From Ginglymostoma cirratum (taxonomy: Eukaryota): DNA of 64,000 nucleotides. Under the pieces are notes generated by a model. It did not search any database, was not told the DNA's origin, and saw only the letters and a program-made list of their open reading frames with translations. Positions 25,870-39,455 of this stretch are shown here, piece by piece (positions within the stretch are counted from its first letter, which is position 1; the number at the start of each line of letters is the position of its first letter). The stretch is from assembly GCA_024137785.1 (NCBI GenBank), contig JAHRHZ010000266.1, positions 16,499,098 through 16,563,097 of the forward strand, written 5' to 3'. A program made the position numbers and the translations under genes.

Positions 25870-26410
25870 GGAAGGGTCCCAGCGGATTCAGAAATAAGCG
25901 TCATGCCTTTATTCAAGAATGCAAAAACCTAGGAAACTATAGGCCAGTTGGCTTGACATCTTTCACAAGGAAATTGCTGAAATCCATTATTAGGGCCATT
26001 TCTGATGAAGGGTCGAGGCCCGAAACGTCAAGTTTTCCTGCTCCTATGATGCTGCTTGACCTGCTGTGTTCATCCAGCCCCACGCTTGTTATTAGGGAAG
26101 TTATAGCAGGATATTTTTGAAAAAAAAAGCATTCATGATCAGGTAGAGTCTACATGGTTTTGTGAAAGGGAAATTGTGTTTAACTAATTCAGTAGAGTTT
26201 TTGAGAAAGTGACAAGCAATGTGAACAAATGGGAACCTGTGATGTGATGTGATGTACTTAGATTTCCAGAAGGCACAAGGTGCCACATCAGATACTACTA
26301 AAATATGACAAGAGCTCATGGTATATGGCATAACATATTGCAATAATTGATTACCTAACGGGAAGCAGAAAGTATGGATAAATGGGTCATTTTAAGTTCG
26401 CAAGTTGTCT
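25870..26410 (+). mobile_element. CR1 RT fragment, split by a family A element
   Basis: GNYRPVGLTSFTRKLLKSIIR|EVIAGY...HGFVKGKLCLTN...YLDFQKA. Confidence 0.8.
25996..26092 (+). mobile_element. Family A hammerhead-motif element with intact core
   Basis: CTGATGA (26002)-a-gggt-cgag-gccc-GAAA-CGTC. TSD ttattaggg at 25987-25995 and 26089-26097. Inserted inside CR1 ORF2. Confidence 0.9.
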
Positions 26411-26464
26411 CTGTCAGTTCATTTTCGTTGGAATCATTTGTGCCTCTAAGTCTCAGGCCAAGAG

Positions 26465-27097
26465 TCACATATAGACAGGTTGGTTAAAAAGGCACTTAGC
26501 ATGCTTTCCTTCATTGCTCAGTCCTTTAAGTATATGAGTTGAGATGTCATGTTGAGGTTGTACAGGACATTGTTGAGTCTCTTTTGAGGACTGTGTCCAG
26601 TTCTGGTCGCCCTGTTACAGGAAGGATATTATTAAGCTTGAGAGGGTTCAGAAGAGATTTACCAAGGTGTTGCTGGGTATGGGAAGTTTGAACAAAGACT
26701 GGTTAGGCATGGACTTTTTTTCACTGGAATGTAGGAGTTTGAGAGGTGACCTTGTAGATGATTATAAAATCATGAGGGGTATAGATAGAGTTAATGATAG
26801 CTGAGTTTCCCTTGAATGGAGGATTTCAAGACGAGGGGTCATATTTTTAAGGTGAGAGTAGAGAGATTTAAAAAAAGACAGGGGGGCAAATTTTTAACAC
26901 AGAGTGTGGTTTCGGTGTGGAATGAACTTCCTGAGGAATTGGTGGATGCAGGTACAGTTAACAACATTTAAATGAATAGGAAAGGTTTGGAGGAATATGG
27001 GCCATGTGCAAACAGGTGGGACTAGTTCAGTTTGGGATTATGGTCAGCATGGACTGGTTGGACATGAAGAGTCTGTTTCCGTGCTCTATGACTCTAA
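26465..27097 (+). mobile_element. CR1 3' fragment
   Basis: Closely parallels 8240-8898 (cacatatagacagg...gtggaatgaacttcc...gtgctctatgactcta). Confidence 0.9.
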
Positions 27098-28299
27098 AGT
27101 AGTTGGTAATAAATCCAAAGGGAAAGGAAAAGCAATTTATTTACTCAAAGAATGTTTAAAGGTGGAGCTCGCTATTACAGGCATTGTTAAGGAATATCTA
27201 ACTGATTTTGCTGGGGTACCCCACATATGCTGTCAGTCTGTGACACATTGCTGGATGACCATCAGTGGTAAAGAACAAGAAATTAACAGACACTGTTTCC
27301 CTTCCTTTAGATCATTCCAGAAGCGAATTAGACAGGGAAATGAGTGAAAAGGGAATAGAAAGATGAAGGGGTGGAGATGAAACAGTTGCAATGGAGGGAA
27401 ACCTTTCTGGAACGTAAACATCAGGACAGACAAAATGGACGAAATGGCCTGTTGTTGTGCAGCACACTCTGTGTAATCCTGTTAGCTGTTTTGTGAATGA
27501 TCACCTGTCATGGCCTCTTGACCATCAACAGTAAAGCTTGCTGCTGGCAATAAGTCTGCAGCAGAACAGTCTTGAGACATTGATGTTTATCGGTCATTGA
27601 GCGCAGGATGATGTGCTCACTACACATTGTACAGTACATCCCTTTTGAGACTATAAATAAAATGAAGATGTTTGTCTGGTTAAACCGCCGGGAAATAGCT
27701 CGTACTGCAAAGTTTGCTCTCCAATAAGAAATAAGCTCCCCAATACCTAGGATGAAAGGTTTCTGCAAATCCATACCAGTCTGTAAAACTCCTCACTGGG
27801 CATCCCTTCTCCTTTATGGCCATTGCCTTATCTGGTGTGTTTGAAGGAGCTAACCATATGAAAGAATGCAATATTGAGTCAGAGACAATTTACAATTATA
27901 TGTTCTAATAAAGTAATGAGCTGGCCTTTGAGATCTTCATACAGAATCTTCATTGGTATCGGAAATAAAAACACCCAGCATTCCAATTCAGTTGTCAGTT
28001 ATGTCCCTGCACACAAGAATTGAGAGTATTTTGAAGGAAGGTGAAGGATTATTGGTTTCGAGCCTCATTGGTCATAGCTTGGAAATGATTGTGCCAGAAG
28101 TAATGATCTGGCTTTCAACTGTGCAATTCCAGTGGATTTTCAAATTGTCCATTGTGGTAAGATATTAAATAGGGTTGGTGACGTCACTGAAAAATTTAAT
28201 TTGATGAGAAAACATTAGTGTGTCAGAACGTGGTTTAAGTTGGGAATCAGATAATGTTTCGACTCTCAGGGTTTTCTCTATCATCGTAATCTGTCACAT

Positions 28300-28940
28300 C
28301 ATAAACACAACTTTTCTGTCCTTTTACAGAAACACTCTTATTTTGAAACACCGTCTCGCTCTTTTACACACACACCTCCCGAACACATTTTCTCCATCTT
28401 TTTACACACCGTACTTAAAATGCTTTTTCCTTTTGCAGACTCTGTCTCTACTTTTGCACACATTCTCCCTCCATTTCCATACACTGTCTTCATTTACAAA
28501 TGTTCAATCTCTCCTTTCACACACACGCCTACCTTTTTACTCTTTCTTTCCCTTGCACACGTTTCCCCTCTCTCTTTCCTTTTGTGTGCACACTCCCTCT
28601 CTCTTACTGTACATTCTGTCTCTCCTTCTGCAAACATTCTCTCTTTTGTCCATGTTCTCTCTATCTACTTTTGCGCACGTTCGCTCCCTCCTTTATGCAC
28701 ACTCGCTCACTTCTACACACACTCTCACTCCTTCCTTTATGCGCAGTGTTTCATTTTCCAGGAGCTCTGCCTTGTACACATACTCCTCACACTCTTTCTC
28801 TGTCTCTCTCTCTCTCTCTCCATGCTTTAACACATGCAGTCTCTCCCCGGTACCTACATTTTCTCTCTAGTTTGACAGGCGCCCTCTTCTTCAGATTTCT
28901 GCTCACTCCCTTGTTTTAAAAGTGCTCTCTCGCTCCTTCT
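28300..28940. repeat. Degenerate pyrimidine-rich (CT/CA) low-complexity tract
   Basis: Runs of tctctc, cacac and tttt with little G. The ORFs over it are L/S/H/T/F-biased. Confidence 0.8.
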
Positions 28941-31900
28941 ATTGAAGTGCACTGCAGGTTTTGTTGACAGGCCCATCATACACAGGTTGAGAATTACAGG
29001 CGAACACTCGCAAGCTCAGAGTGAGACATTTGTGCAGAGTCACCTTAGCATTATATGTGTCAAAATATTGTTAGATTGAAGTAGACTCATGAAGTATTCA
29101 TCATGACGAGATTAGGCTCTTGGTTTTCCTATATGGCCTAAAGTGCATTCATTACTGCAAACTAATGCTCGACAAATTGCTTTATTTTTGAGGCAGACTG
29201 CCATTGTTGTGCTATTTCTTCCTCTCGTCAATCAATTTTAGTGTACTGCCATTGGAACAAAAACGTATTTAAGTATTTAATAAAATGTGAATTAATTAAA
29301 AGAGAATAGCATTTTATCTCTGGCCTGTTTTGTCTGTTGAATTCCATATGGGAAGACGTAATTATTAGACCTTGAGATATCACTTACTAAAACAAAGGAT
29401 GTAAGAATGATCCTGGATCAACTGTTGTAATTCTGTGCGCTAATTGTGGAGGAGAAATGACAGCCTGGGTTATGTGATAAAACAGCAGTAAATTCTGCAG
29501 CTGAATATATTTCTATTAAAAATCTGCTGTCAGGGACAATAACTGTGTCATAATATGAAGTGCTAAACAAAAATCACTTTCTGCAAAGGAAGTACTTTCT
29601 AAAAATGAGAATGGCAGATGATTATGGCAAATGATTTGTTACCACAGCCATCTGTTCTGCAAACAGAATGTTCACTACCTCTTAATGTAACACGCTGTGG
29701 GATGCGAGTTTAAAAAATTGCAACAACTACTGGGGTGGGGGAGGCATGGGGTCTGGCAACTAGGGACGGGCAATAAATACAGCCATACCAGCTTTGCCCC
29801 CACCCCCCAGCCGAGAAGTAATTTTGAGGAGAAGGTGTTTAAATTCTCAGGATACTGCACATCATTACCAAGACTGATGGTCAAATCAGCTGGATCTTGT
29901 TTTAACACCCCCTTCTCTGAAAGGATTAGATCTCTAAAGCAGCAGTTGTAATCCTCAGCCTGTGCTGATCTGACCTGGAATAGCTCGGCTCATGATGGAG
30001 TGGACAGTTCCAGTTTGCCATAGCCCTGGGAGGTTAATGGTGAGTTGGTCGTCATGATTGCTGGACATCCCAGTCTGAGTTAATATGCACTGACTTGCAT
30101 TGTGAAGCACTTCTGTCACGGACCAGAACTGCATTCACTACAATGCCTTCTGCTGTTGAATTGCATGCCAACGCTGAAAGCCCAAATTTTAAACCTGCCT
30201 GCCCAGTGGAAGCAAGCAGGTTCCTGGTGCAACCCGCCTTGTTTACCATTGTCACTCCTGTGTTGCATTCAGGAATGTGAACGCAGGGGTTTCAGAATTG
30301 TCAAGCGCCCCCCCCCCCGACTTAATTTTGACTGTGAAATGGGCATCAGCTCTGCCTGTGGAAGATAGTCACGGGCAGCAACAGGCCAGAAGTTACTAAA
30401 GTCGGTATTCATTTTGATCATTTTAGTTCGGTTTCTTGTGGCCCAGGAGCAGCAGGAGTGTTCCTCCTCCTGACAGGAAACACTCCAGGGCCTCCTCTGC
30501 CCTCAGTATCCAGCTGTGGACCAGTTGAAGGTCCTTGTTGGCTTGTGTTACCACTGAGACTGTGTTTCCACGGTCACTGAAAACACCAAACTCCTGGCAT
30601 GATACTGTCTGCTGTTCACCAGCATCAACATCATTCCAGTAAACTTCAAACAGGAGCCAATACTTTGGAATGAAAATGGCTGAACTCTGACTCCTGCCTA
30701 GGCTGTGTCCTGAGTTGAAGTCAAAGCCTCTTGTCTGTTGCATTCTCATTTTAAGAAAAAGTCACCTGGCTAAGCTATCAGAATGCTCGTCGGAATCACT
30801 ACCCTGCAGGTAATCAGAGAAAACTTGAGATCCATCAGAAGTTAGTGTTGGTTTTAGCTGCTTCCACATGTTATGTACATGGTTAATACAGTCACTGAGG
30901 TGATGCAATAGTTAGCCACAATTCAAACTCTGCATCGTTACTCCACTAAACAGATAGAAAACCTTTTACTTTGCGCAGTTTCCATGAATTAAAATGAGAA
31001 TCCCTTTTAGTCCACTGTTCTTTGAGGACATGACACTGATTAAAGGGCTGAAAAGATGGTGTAAAGCCAAGGTAGTTACGTTTTCACTTCCCATTAAAAG
31101 CTGGGAGGGAGGGGGATGTGATTGAACCTTTTTATCTTACGGCTGTGTAAGTTGTGTGGTTTTAGGTTGAAGTACGCGATTCTGTTTCTACATCGATATA
31201 ATCTCTATTTGAATGTTTTTGACAAAGCTTAGAATGTTTTGCTCTTGATGCAAAAATACTAAATTAAGCAGTTAAAGGGGAGTGACATGCTCGGATTTAG
31301 AGCTCATCTATACTGACTGCTGGTTTCTCAAGGGATAAGATCTCCTTTTGCATGGCTCTAAATGAAACCTGTCATCATGCTTTTGTTTTGCTAAAGCTGG
31401 CCTTCTGCATTCATACCAAGAAGTTTGTGTTATTTTAGCTTTGACGCAGCTCTCAAGCATGAAAGCTTTCTGCAGTTGTCATCTCAGGGTTAGGAGAGGG
31501 AAGTGTTCAGACGTGGGTCACAGAGAGGGCTATCTGCAGGCAAGCATGGCGGGAGCAGCTGTCTGGTTGTGACACCGTGTGTGCTAGCTGGGGACGGAAG
31601 GGCATATATTCAAAAGATTTACCAATAAGAGCTCACTTTTGAATGTACATGTCACATCCAAGCAGCCTCCAGAAGTATAATCACTGAAATAGTTTTGACA
31701 GAGAAGATAATTGTCGGTTGTTAATGCGCTATTGATTTCATTACTTAGCCCTGACACGAGGACACGAGCAGTGCAAAACTGCCCAGCAGTAGCCTCGGTA
31801 ACACTTCAAAGTGCTGACCTCAGAAATTGCGCACTGATGGTTCGTTCCCCGATAATTCAGCATCAGAATGCCGTTTCCCACCCAAGGTGCACCCACTGTC

Positions 31901-32564
31901 TCCTGCATACAGAGGAGCTAACAGCGCCAGGAAGGCAGGGCTGCGAGTCTGCAGTTGGACTGTGGGGGATAATTACAGCAAACTGATTGCCTGGGGTTAG
32001 CCCTCTTGCACTTGCACTGTTCGGCAATGAGGCCCGTACACTTAGTATCAAAAACGTGCAGCTCATGGGTCTCAAATATGACAGACCGATGAGGAAGAGT
32101 CAGGCGGAACAGCTCACAGAAATTATTCCCCAGAACAAGGAGGAAAAAGCACAGTAAAACAAAAGCACTTTCAAAATCAGATGCCTGAGCTTGACCATGT
32201 CCATGGAAATGAATAGAAAATACATTTTTCTGTGCTCATTAGAAACCATTATTGCACCATAATTGAAGCCAGCTTATTGAAGCATATACATGGTAGTTTA
32301 ACTCCTTGTTCTCCAGAATTTAAAGACATTTTATAGAAGGCATTAGCATGTAGAAAGCTTCTATCTTGTTAAAACTTTATTTTGTTCGACATAACCCCAG
32401 AGGACAGCAACAAATTTGTTCCTTCATCTGGCAGGGTTTGAATCCGTTGCTATTCATTTTGCTTTTTAAGTATCTCACGTGTGCATCTTTTGTGTTTGAT
32501 AGTGGTAAATGATGCTTTGTCGTTGACCATGGCATATCAAAACCCTCATTTTATCTCTCCTCAG

Positions 32565-32783
32565 GTCCTCCCATGCCATCCTCCTCTTCCTCGTCCAGTC
32601 CATCAGCCATTGCGCAGTCTGGTTCCCCAGTTTCATCGCCCAATGCCAATGGCAACCAAAGACGGTTGCTTGGCAACAGCAACACGCAGCCGGCTCATGA
32701 ATCTGACACAGATGATGAGGAATACAATGCAAATTCATATCTAGCTCAGGCCAGTTCAGGCACAGTGTGTGTGGCCAGTAATG
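32565..32783 (+). CDS. TENM4: Internal coding exon of teneurin-4 (N-terminal intracellular domain)
   Basis: Acceptor ttttatctctcctcAG (32563-64), donor G|GTAAGG (32784). 219 nt, phase 1-1, translating (G)PPMPSSSSSSSPSAIAQSGSPVSSPNANGNQRRLLGNSNTQPAHESDTDDEEYNANSYLAQASSGTVCVASN. From memory this aligns with rodent Tenm4 GAPLHCSSASS...[45 protein letters not shown]; paralogue assignment not searched. Confidence 0.85.
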
Positions 32784-34819
32784 GTAAGGAAATTGCCTGC
32801 ATCTATCAGCTCCTCCTGTCTCTTGGCATCTTCTTGCATCTGAGCAATACTTTCAGCTGGAAGAGGCTTGGGAGCACCAGTCTAGGTGACAGTTAACCTC
32901 CCAGCCTCTTACTGAACGGCTCTTCTCTGCATTTATTCCTAACACAAAGCTTTATTGCACGGCAAGCCTCTTCTCGCTATCCGAGTGCACGACTGACCTC
33001 CAACCTGTTGTCACTTGACCCGTTAAGGGCTGTGTCAAGTACTAACCCCATTTTGTGAAAGCACATTCAGATCTGAGTTACAGACAAGTCGCCCCGCCAC
33101 CACTCCCCCCAACCCTACGCCCGCTCCCCCCCTACCTTGGCTTTGCGTATTTAACTGAGGATTGCCATTGCCAGGTACAGGCAGAGGGTGGGAATTCTCC
33201 AGCAGAGCCAAGAAATTCCAGTAACATTTCCTTCAGCGGGCAGTGATGGGAACACACGTGGGGAAAGCTCAGTCGGAGCCTGTTGGCATTTGCCAGCTGT
33301 TGCAGTTTAAACAAGATGCTTCAAAAATCGAGATGTTCTTACACAGCTATTGGCTTGCTGTTTGAGGAAATAAACCATTGAATCATTCTTTCGTACAACA
33401 CTGTAGGATGTATTCGATCTGAATGGAGCATGCAATAAAAACCCCAGTCAGGTCACTCTTGGCTGTTTTCTCTTTCTTTGCAATCTAATTCTCTTCCGGG
33501 AATGCAGTGATTACATATTTTAGTGCATGACTATTATTATCTTAACCACAGAACTGAGAGCCTGGTGCGATTCTGGTTCGCTCCTTTTGGAAAGAAAAAG
33601 ACACACAACATGTGACAAGTTTTATACTTGGCAGATTTTTGTGCACTAGCAGGGGATGATTCAATGTTTTGATGATATTTCTAACTCACTTGACAGTGGA
33701 TAACACATAGATTGTGCAGGCCTTGTTGCCGTTGTTTTAACTTTGTGCCTTTTTGTTTCCAACAATTGGGCTTTTAGCCGACTACATCTGTCGCCAAGGC
33801 GACTTGAGGGGGGTTCACCATCAGATGAAAATATGAAATCACTTTGAGAAACCTGAGATTGAAGGAAATGCAATTATTGACTGGTGCTGTTGTGGGTCCT
33901 GAACATATTTTCGTGGTAACCCTGCACTTCCTGTTTATCCTGCTTGTTTTTTTTTGCGAGTGTAATCTTGTGAAATGTTCTGTTTGGAGATTAAATGTTT
34001 GCAAGCTGGACATTCCCTCATGTGCAGAGGTACAAAAACTAGCATGTAGGGTTGGCATTAGGAATCAGTGATGATCAAGCAAATCACCCATAAAGAAAGT
34101 TAGAAATAACTGGCATTTATACATCATCCTTCAGGCCCCTTTCAGAGCATTTTTACAATTAATTGAGTACATTTGGAATATAATCACCATTTAATGTGAA
34201 GGAATGCAACAACCAAGAATGGCTCTGACTGATCATGTTGGCCAGGCCATCAGGGGGGCTTGCCTCTGTTGCCCTGAACAGAGGCAAAGTGTTTTTTGAG
34301 GTGTACCAGAGAGAACAGACAGGACCTAGGACTAATGGCACATTCAGAAATTGGGACTTTGTACAGTGCAGCACCCTCTCAGTATCCTAGATTATGTGCT
34401 CAGGCTACTGGAGTGAGACTTGAACACACGACCATTGATTGCGAAATGACAGTACCACCATTGAACCAAGTCTGACATCTTTGCAATATAACAAGAATGT
34501 CTCTTTGAGAGCTAGATCCTTGGGACTGAGAATAGAGTGTGTTCCGAGTGGTAAGTGCTGGAATTCTAACATTGAGAAATAGCCAGGACTAAAAAGGGCA
34601 AGTCTCCTGTCCTTCATGGTGGGTAGAATCTCCATTATATACCAGCACAAGGGACAGAAATTGCTCTTAGCAAATCATCAGCCATTGTGTGCTGTATATT
34701 AGCCAATTAGGCTGACCTGAAAAGTTCATATCAGAAACAATGGGCAAGAACTGTTTAATGTTGCACTGTGGCATAATGGAATTGGACATTGGCATAATTC
34801 CTCATTTTTTTCATTGGTG

Positions 34820-35100
34820 TTGCACAGAAAGGCTCTTTGCAACTTTCTTCCTGAAATGGAGGTTTGTGGGGCGTAGGTGGGTGGTGGTGGGGTATTAGGC
34901 AAAGAGTCAGTGAATATTTTTAAGGCAGAGGTAGATAGAATCTTGTTTGACAAGGGGGTGAAAGGTTATTTGGGGTGGTGGCGGGGTAGGTGAGAATGCA
35001 GATTTGAGGTTACAATCAGACCAGCCATGATCTTAATGAATGGTAGAGCAGTCTCAGGGGGCTAAGTGGCCTACTCCTGCTCATTTTTCATGTGTTTGAA
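34820..35100 (+). mobile_element. CR1 3' end
   Basis: gagtcagtgaatatttttaaggcagaggtagatagaatcttg...cagccatgatcttaatgaatggtagagcag...ggcctactcctgctc. Confidence 0.8.
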
Positions 35101-35479
35101 CATTTCAGTTCCCTCTCTCAGTGAGTGGCAAGCTAACCAGTGGGGGAACAGTGGGCCTTAGGCCTTGCCCCTATCCCACCCCAGCTCAAAGATTCTCAAG
35201 AGGGACAGGCAGCAAGTATATGGAGGGCTTAAAGCAACCTTTTTTTCTGCAATATGAACTCTAGTGTAGCTTCAGGGCTTACTGCCCTCCAGTCATTGCT
35301 TTTGGATATTTTATTGACAAGAATTGAATCTGGAAGTTCTGATAAGTTCAGGGAATGTTAGACAGACACTGGAGTGAGGGGTAGGGAGGGAAGGGCTGGA
35401 AAAAAATATTTGCCTTCAGAAGTTTTAGCTAATATATGTTCCTCGTCAAATAATTTGAATTCATGATCTTTGAATGTCT

Positions 35480-36300
35480 TTTTCTGACACACTTTTGAAG
35501 TAATGTTCTGAGTTTACTGTCTGTCTACACCATTGAATATTTTATACCCTCCACAAAGTACCCTAGTTTAACTTTCTGACTTTGAAATAAAATTTTGAAT
35601 CATCCTTATGCATCTGTAAGTGGTTTAATATTTCATAAGTACCTCAACAAGATCCTATTAACCCCTTAATCATCTTCTTTCTAAAACAATAGATCTAAAG
35701 TATCTATGATTTTGACCCGCAGCTCACCTCTTCGAGACACAGTCGTATTTAATCCCTTCCCAATTCATGTCAGTTTGTTTGTTGCGTGTGCTGAGAGCTA
35801 GACACCGCATCGTGATCTTGCCATGCAGGGCACTGTGAAATTTTAGCATGACCAATTGGTGTTTGTACTGTTCTGCTTTGGTGATATATTGCAGAATGCT
35901 ATTAGCATATTTAATCACACCGTTGAGAGATTGAAAGTGACGTGTCTCTCGATTATTTCCTTTCTAATTTCCCTGTGCTAATTCAGTGCTGATTACTGTA
36001 CACTTAATTTCCACATTTTGTGACCTTTGTGCGATGCTGTACGGTTTGCAACGTGAAATTTAATTTGCCACTTGACCAGTCGCATAAATGATCCAAACCC
36101 AGATGCTGTTGCGACATCCTTTGTCTCAACTCGTGTTCCTGCTCTCAGGAAATCAGAGAAACAACATTTACTTTTGGTATCCAGCTCGTTAATGTAAATT
36201 AGAAACATCAAAATTCCAAGCGTTAATTCCACGCTCAGCACCTCACTGCACTGTGACCTCTCAGCTCTCCTGTGTGCTCAGTTTCCCATTGTTTCCTGTC
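35480..36300 (-). mobile_element. Heavily decayed CR1-like RT fragment
   Basis: ORF 35993-36241 reads LMFLIYINELD...KWQIKFHVAN, and 35724-35918 reads EYK..VMLK-like motifs. Confidence 0.55.
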
Positions 36301-38361
36301 TTGTCTCATATTCTATCAACTTCTTAACAACTATTTGCCCTCACCTGGATATTCTGGCTGAAGAAGACATTTTTGTTTCCCAAAAGTATGCCTTACTCAT
36401 AACATTTGTACAAGTACGCAAACATAATATTTTACAGGGAAATTGAGGCAAAGTGGTTATCTTGAGGAAATGCTTCATCTTTGCCCAGTCAAACCTACTC
36501 ATGGCTCCAGAGCCACAACGGTGTGGCTTGCTCTTGTAAATCGGTCCAAGTGAGCAATTCAGTTTGAGGACAATTGGGGATGCCCACGTTTCACGAAAGT
36601 ATAAAGAAAACTTCAAATTTGACACAACATACAGTGCAATGTAGATCAGCTTTCTCCAGTGTAGTGTTCAGGGATGTGGAGCTTAGATGGGTTATAGAGG
36701 GATGGGTCGGTGTGGACTTGTTGGGCCGAAGGGCCTTTTTCGACAGTGTAGGGATTCTATGATTCTATGATTTTAATCCAGTATATGAGGTGACTCATGA
36801 CACTTGTCATTTTCTGGCAAGCGTTTTACATGGGTTTTCACCCATTAATGTCCAATGGCAGGATGGCTTCAGGCAGTGGCTTTCCCTGATGAGCCTTTCT
36901 AACTGGTGCCTCAGGCTTCAGCACATAGTCCTGGACCTCGGAAAGTCATCGCTGACTGGGTAAAAAGTGAATTTAACCAGAGCATAGTTCTGTTCCATTC
37001 CATCCGGCCCTTGGCCTCAACAGCTCTTTGCACTGGAAGCCAAACAGGTTTAGGGCAAACTGAAATTAGGTCTTTCCCCGAGTTGGTGATCCTCCAGCAG
37101 TAATTGATTTTTAAGTCAGTGGTCATCCTTGGGAACTAGCCACAGAACACAGAGTCCTGTGTTACAGAGCTGCTCAGAATAAGCCTCAACAAAAACCACT
37201 GCATCTCTTCCGAAGTTTTCATCACAGAGGCACATTCTAACAGGAGCTGTGCGGTGGTTGATGTCTTTGCGAGGGCAGGACAGGAGGAAAATGATAACCA
37301 GGTGTGCAGGAAGGATCTGTAAGGGAAGGCACTTCTCACCATTAGCAAATGCACATATTGGTGTTAGTTTGAATATTGTGGTTGATGAGCCTTTCTGCCA
37401 GATAATTTTGACGAATCACTTCAGGGAAATATCTGGCAGGAGGATCTTCTAGTGCAGTGATAGCGACCCCACTGCAGGACCAGAAGGTCTGTGTTTAAGT
37501 GCAGCCTGTCACAGAGATGGGATCATTACATGTCGGGTCAAGTACACTTCTTTTAGCCCACTATTGATGACATTAAGATAACAGCATGTCAAAAGTCTGC
37601 GTAGTTTTTCACAATCACTCGCGCAGTGCAAGTTGGAATCAAGTCAGAAGCCATTTTATGGCAGACCATTTTGGTCTTACTGTTGAAGTGTGCATTTTGA
37701 TTGGCCCCAAGACTCAGTCAACAATACAGAATTGCTGTATGCTTTTGTTTCATTCGAAGTCTTTGATGAATGGAGATGCCAGACATTTCCAAAAGACCAA
37801 ATGAATGATTTCGGAGGGAGCCCTGTTTGTGAAAAGTGTTTGTTAAACACACTTTTTCCCTATTAATTCCAGCCAGCTGTTTGTTGTTGCAGTATTGTTG
37901 CACAGTTGACGTGTCCTTGCATCCTAACTGATGAAACAAGGTGTATTATTTTACCAGATTTTAATTGCAGGCTTAAAGAGTAATACTAACCTGGGTAGGT
38001 GCATTGTACTTTGTGAATGTAAACACTACTAGACAGCTTTTCTACCTTGTTGTAGTCATCTGTCGGGGAATTGTACTCTCCCAGCCCGTCATTTTCCAAC
38101 CATTAAAATTAAAGGAAAATTATGAGCTGCGGATGTGCAATTTTCCATAACACCAAGTATACTAAGGGCAAAAAAAGAAATCTCTCCTTCTATTTGTTTC
38201 CTTTCTATCATTCAGGACCTCATCAATGACTGGTTGCAGCTTAATTACATTGAATGTCCCTTTTTCACTCCTTCAGAATCCAAATCTAACTATTATCTCT
38301 GCCATATGATTTCAAAATCCTAACAGATCTCAGATGCAATGCAGATATTGGAGATTACTAC

Positions 38362-38690
38362 AGCATGGTGGCTCAGTGGTTAGCACAGCTGCCTCACAGC
38401 ACCAGGGACCTGGGTTTGTTTCCAGCCTTGGGCAACTGGCTGTGTGGAGTTTTTACGTTCTCCCCATGTTTGCTCCAGTTTCTGCCCACAGTCCAAAGAT
38501 GTGCAGGTTAGGTGGATTGGCCATGTTAAATTGCCCATAGTGCCCAGGGATGTTTAGGTTAGGTGGGTTAGACATGGGAAATCAGGGGTAGGATAATAGG
38601 TCTGGTTGGGATGCTCTTCGGAGGGACGGTGCGGACTTGTTGGGCCGAATGGCCTGTTCCCACACTGTAGGAATTCTATGATCTATGATT
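38362..38690 (+). mobile_element. HE1-type SINE
   Basis: agcatggtggctcagtggttagcacagctgcctcacagcaccagggacctgggtt...cacactgtaggaattctatgatctatga. Confidence 0.9.
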
Positions 38691-39019
38691 ATTGTTTACG
38701 ATCCAGAGGTTTCTGTGCCCATTCCTTCAGGACACCTACCAGCAAGCGGTTATGTGAGGACAATAGGTGAGCTCAGCTGTGGCCTCAGCGATGAGGTTCT
38801 CTGCAGTTGGATGTCCTTCATTTTACTTTGAGTTGGACACCTACAGGTCCCCATGCAACCGTATCCCAGAACAAGGTCATTGACGTAAAAACACAGTTAA
38901 ATTCATATAATGCATTTCTAAAGCACTTTCAGACATACTTTGGAAATGCAATTATTTTGCCATTTGGAAAAGCAGCAAGCAAGCTTTACCACAAACATCA
39001 TTGAGCAGTTATTTATTTC

Positions 39020-39455
39020 AAAGGCCAAACAAGTTAGGGCTCTCCTCACTGGAGTTTAGAAGAATGAAAGGTGATCTCATTGAGATATGCAGGATTCCTA
39101 AGGGGCTGGACAGCGTAGATGCTTAGAGGATGTTTCCCTTTTATGGGAGAGTCTGGGACCACAGGGCATTTCCTCAGAATAAAGAGCCACCAATTTAAGA
39201 CTGAGATGAGGAGGAATTACATCTCTCAGAGGGTTTTGAGTTTTTGGAAGTGAGCTGTGTGGGCAGAGTCCATGTGTATATTTAAGGATGAGATAGATAG
39301 ATTCTTGATCGGTAAGGGAATCAAGGGTGTGGGGTAAAGGGTCAGAAAGTGACTCTGAGGAGTGTCGGATCAGCCATGATGCTATTGAATGGTGGAGCAG
39401 GCTCAAGGGGCCGAACAGCCTCCTCCTTTCCCAATTTCTAATGGTTCTGACGGTC
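39020..39455 (+). mobile_element. CR1 3' end
   Basis: ctggagtttagaagaatgaaaggtgatctcattga...gagatgaggaggaatt...ggagcaggctcaaggggccgaa. Confidence 0.85.

Noticed and set aside
28220-28919. 216-aa and overlapping ORFs
   Set aside because: Produced by a stop-poor CT/CA low-complexity tract, with no domain features.
32784-32896. C-terminal part of ORF 32573-32896
   Set aside because: Read-through past a strong GTAAGG donor into intron. Teneurin similarity stops at the donor.
33071-33174. Proline-rich frame (DLSYRQVAPPPLPPTLRPLPP) after an AG, in frame with the TENM4 exon and reminiscent of teneurin polyproline motifs
   Set aside because: Weak polypyrimidine tract, the only nearby donor gives a frame-breaking 104-nt exon, and the conserved downstream teneurin residues (SINSLNR...) are absent. 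Probably a C-rich intronic tract.
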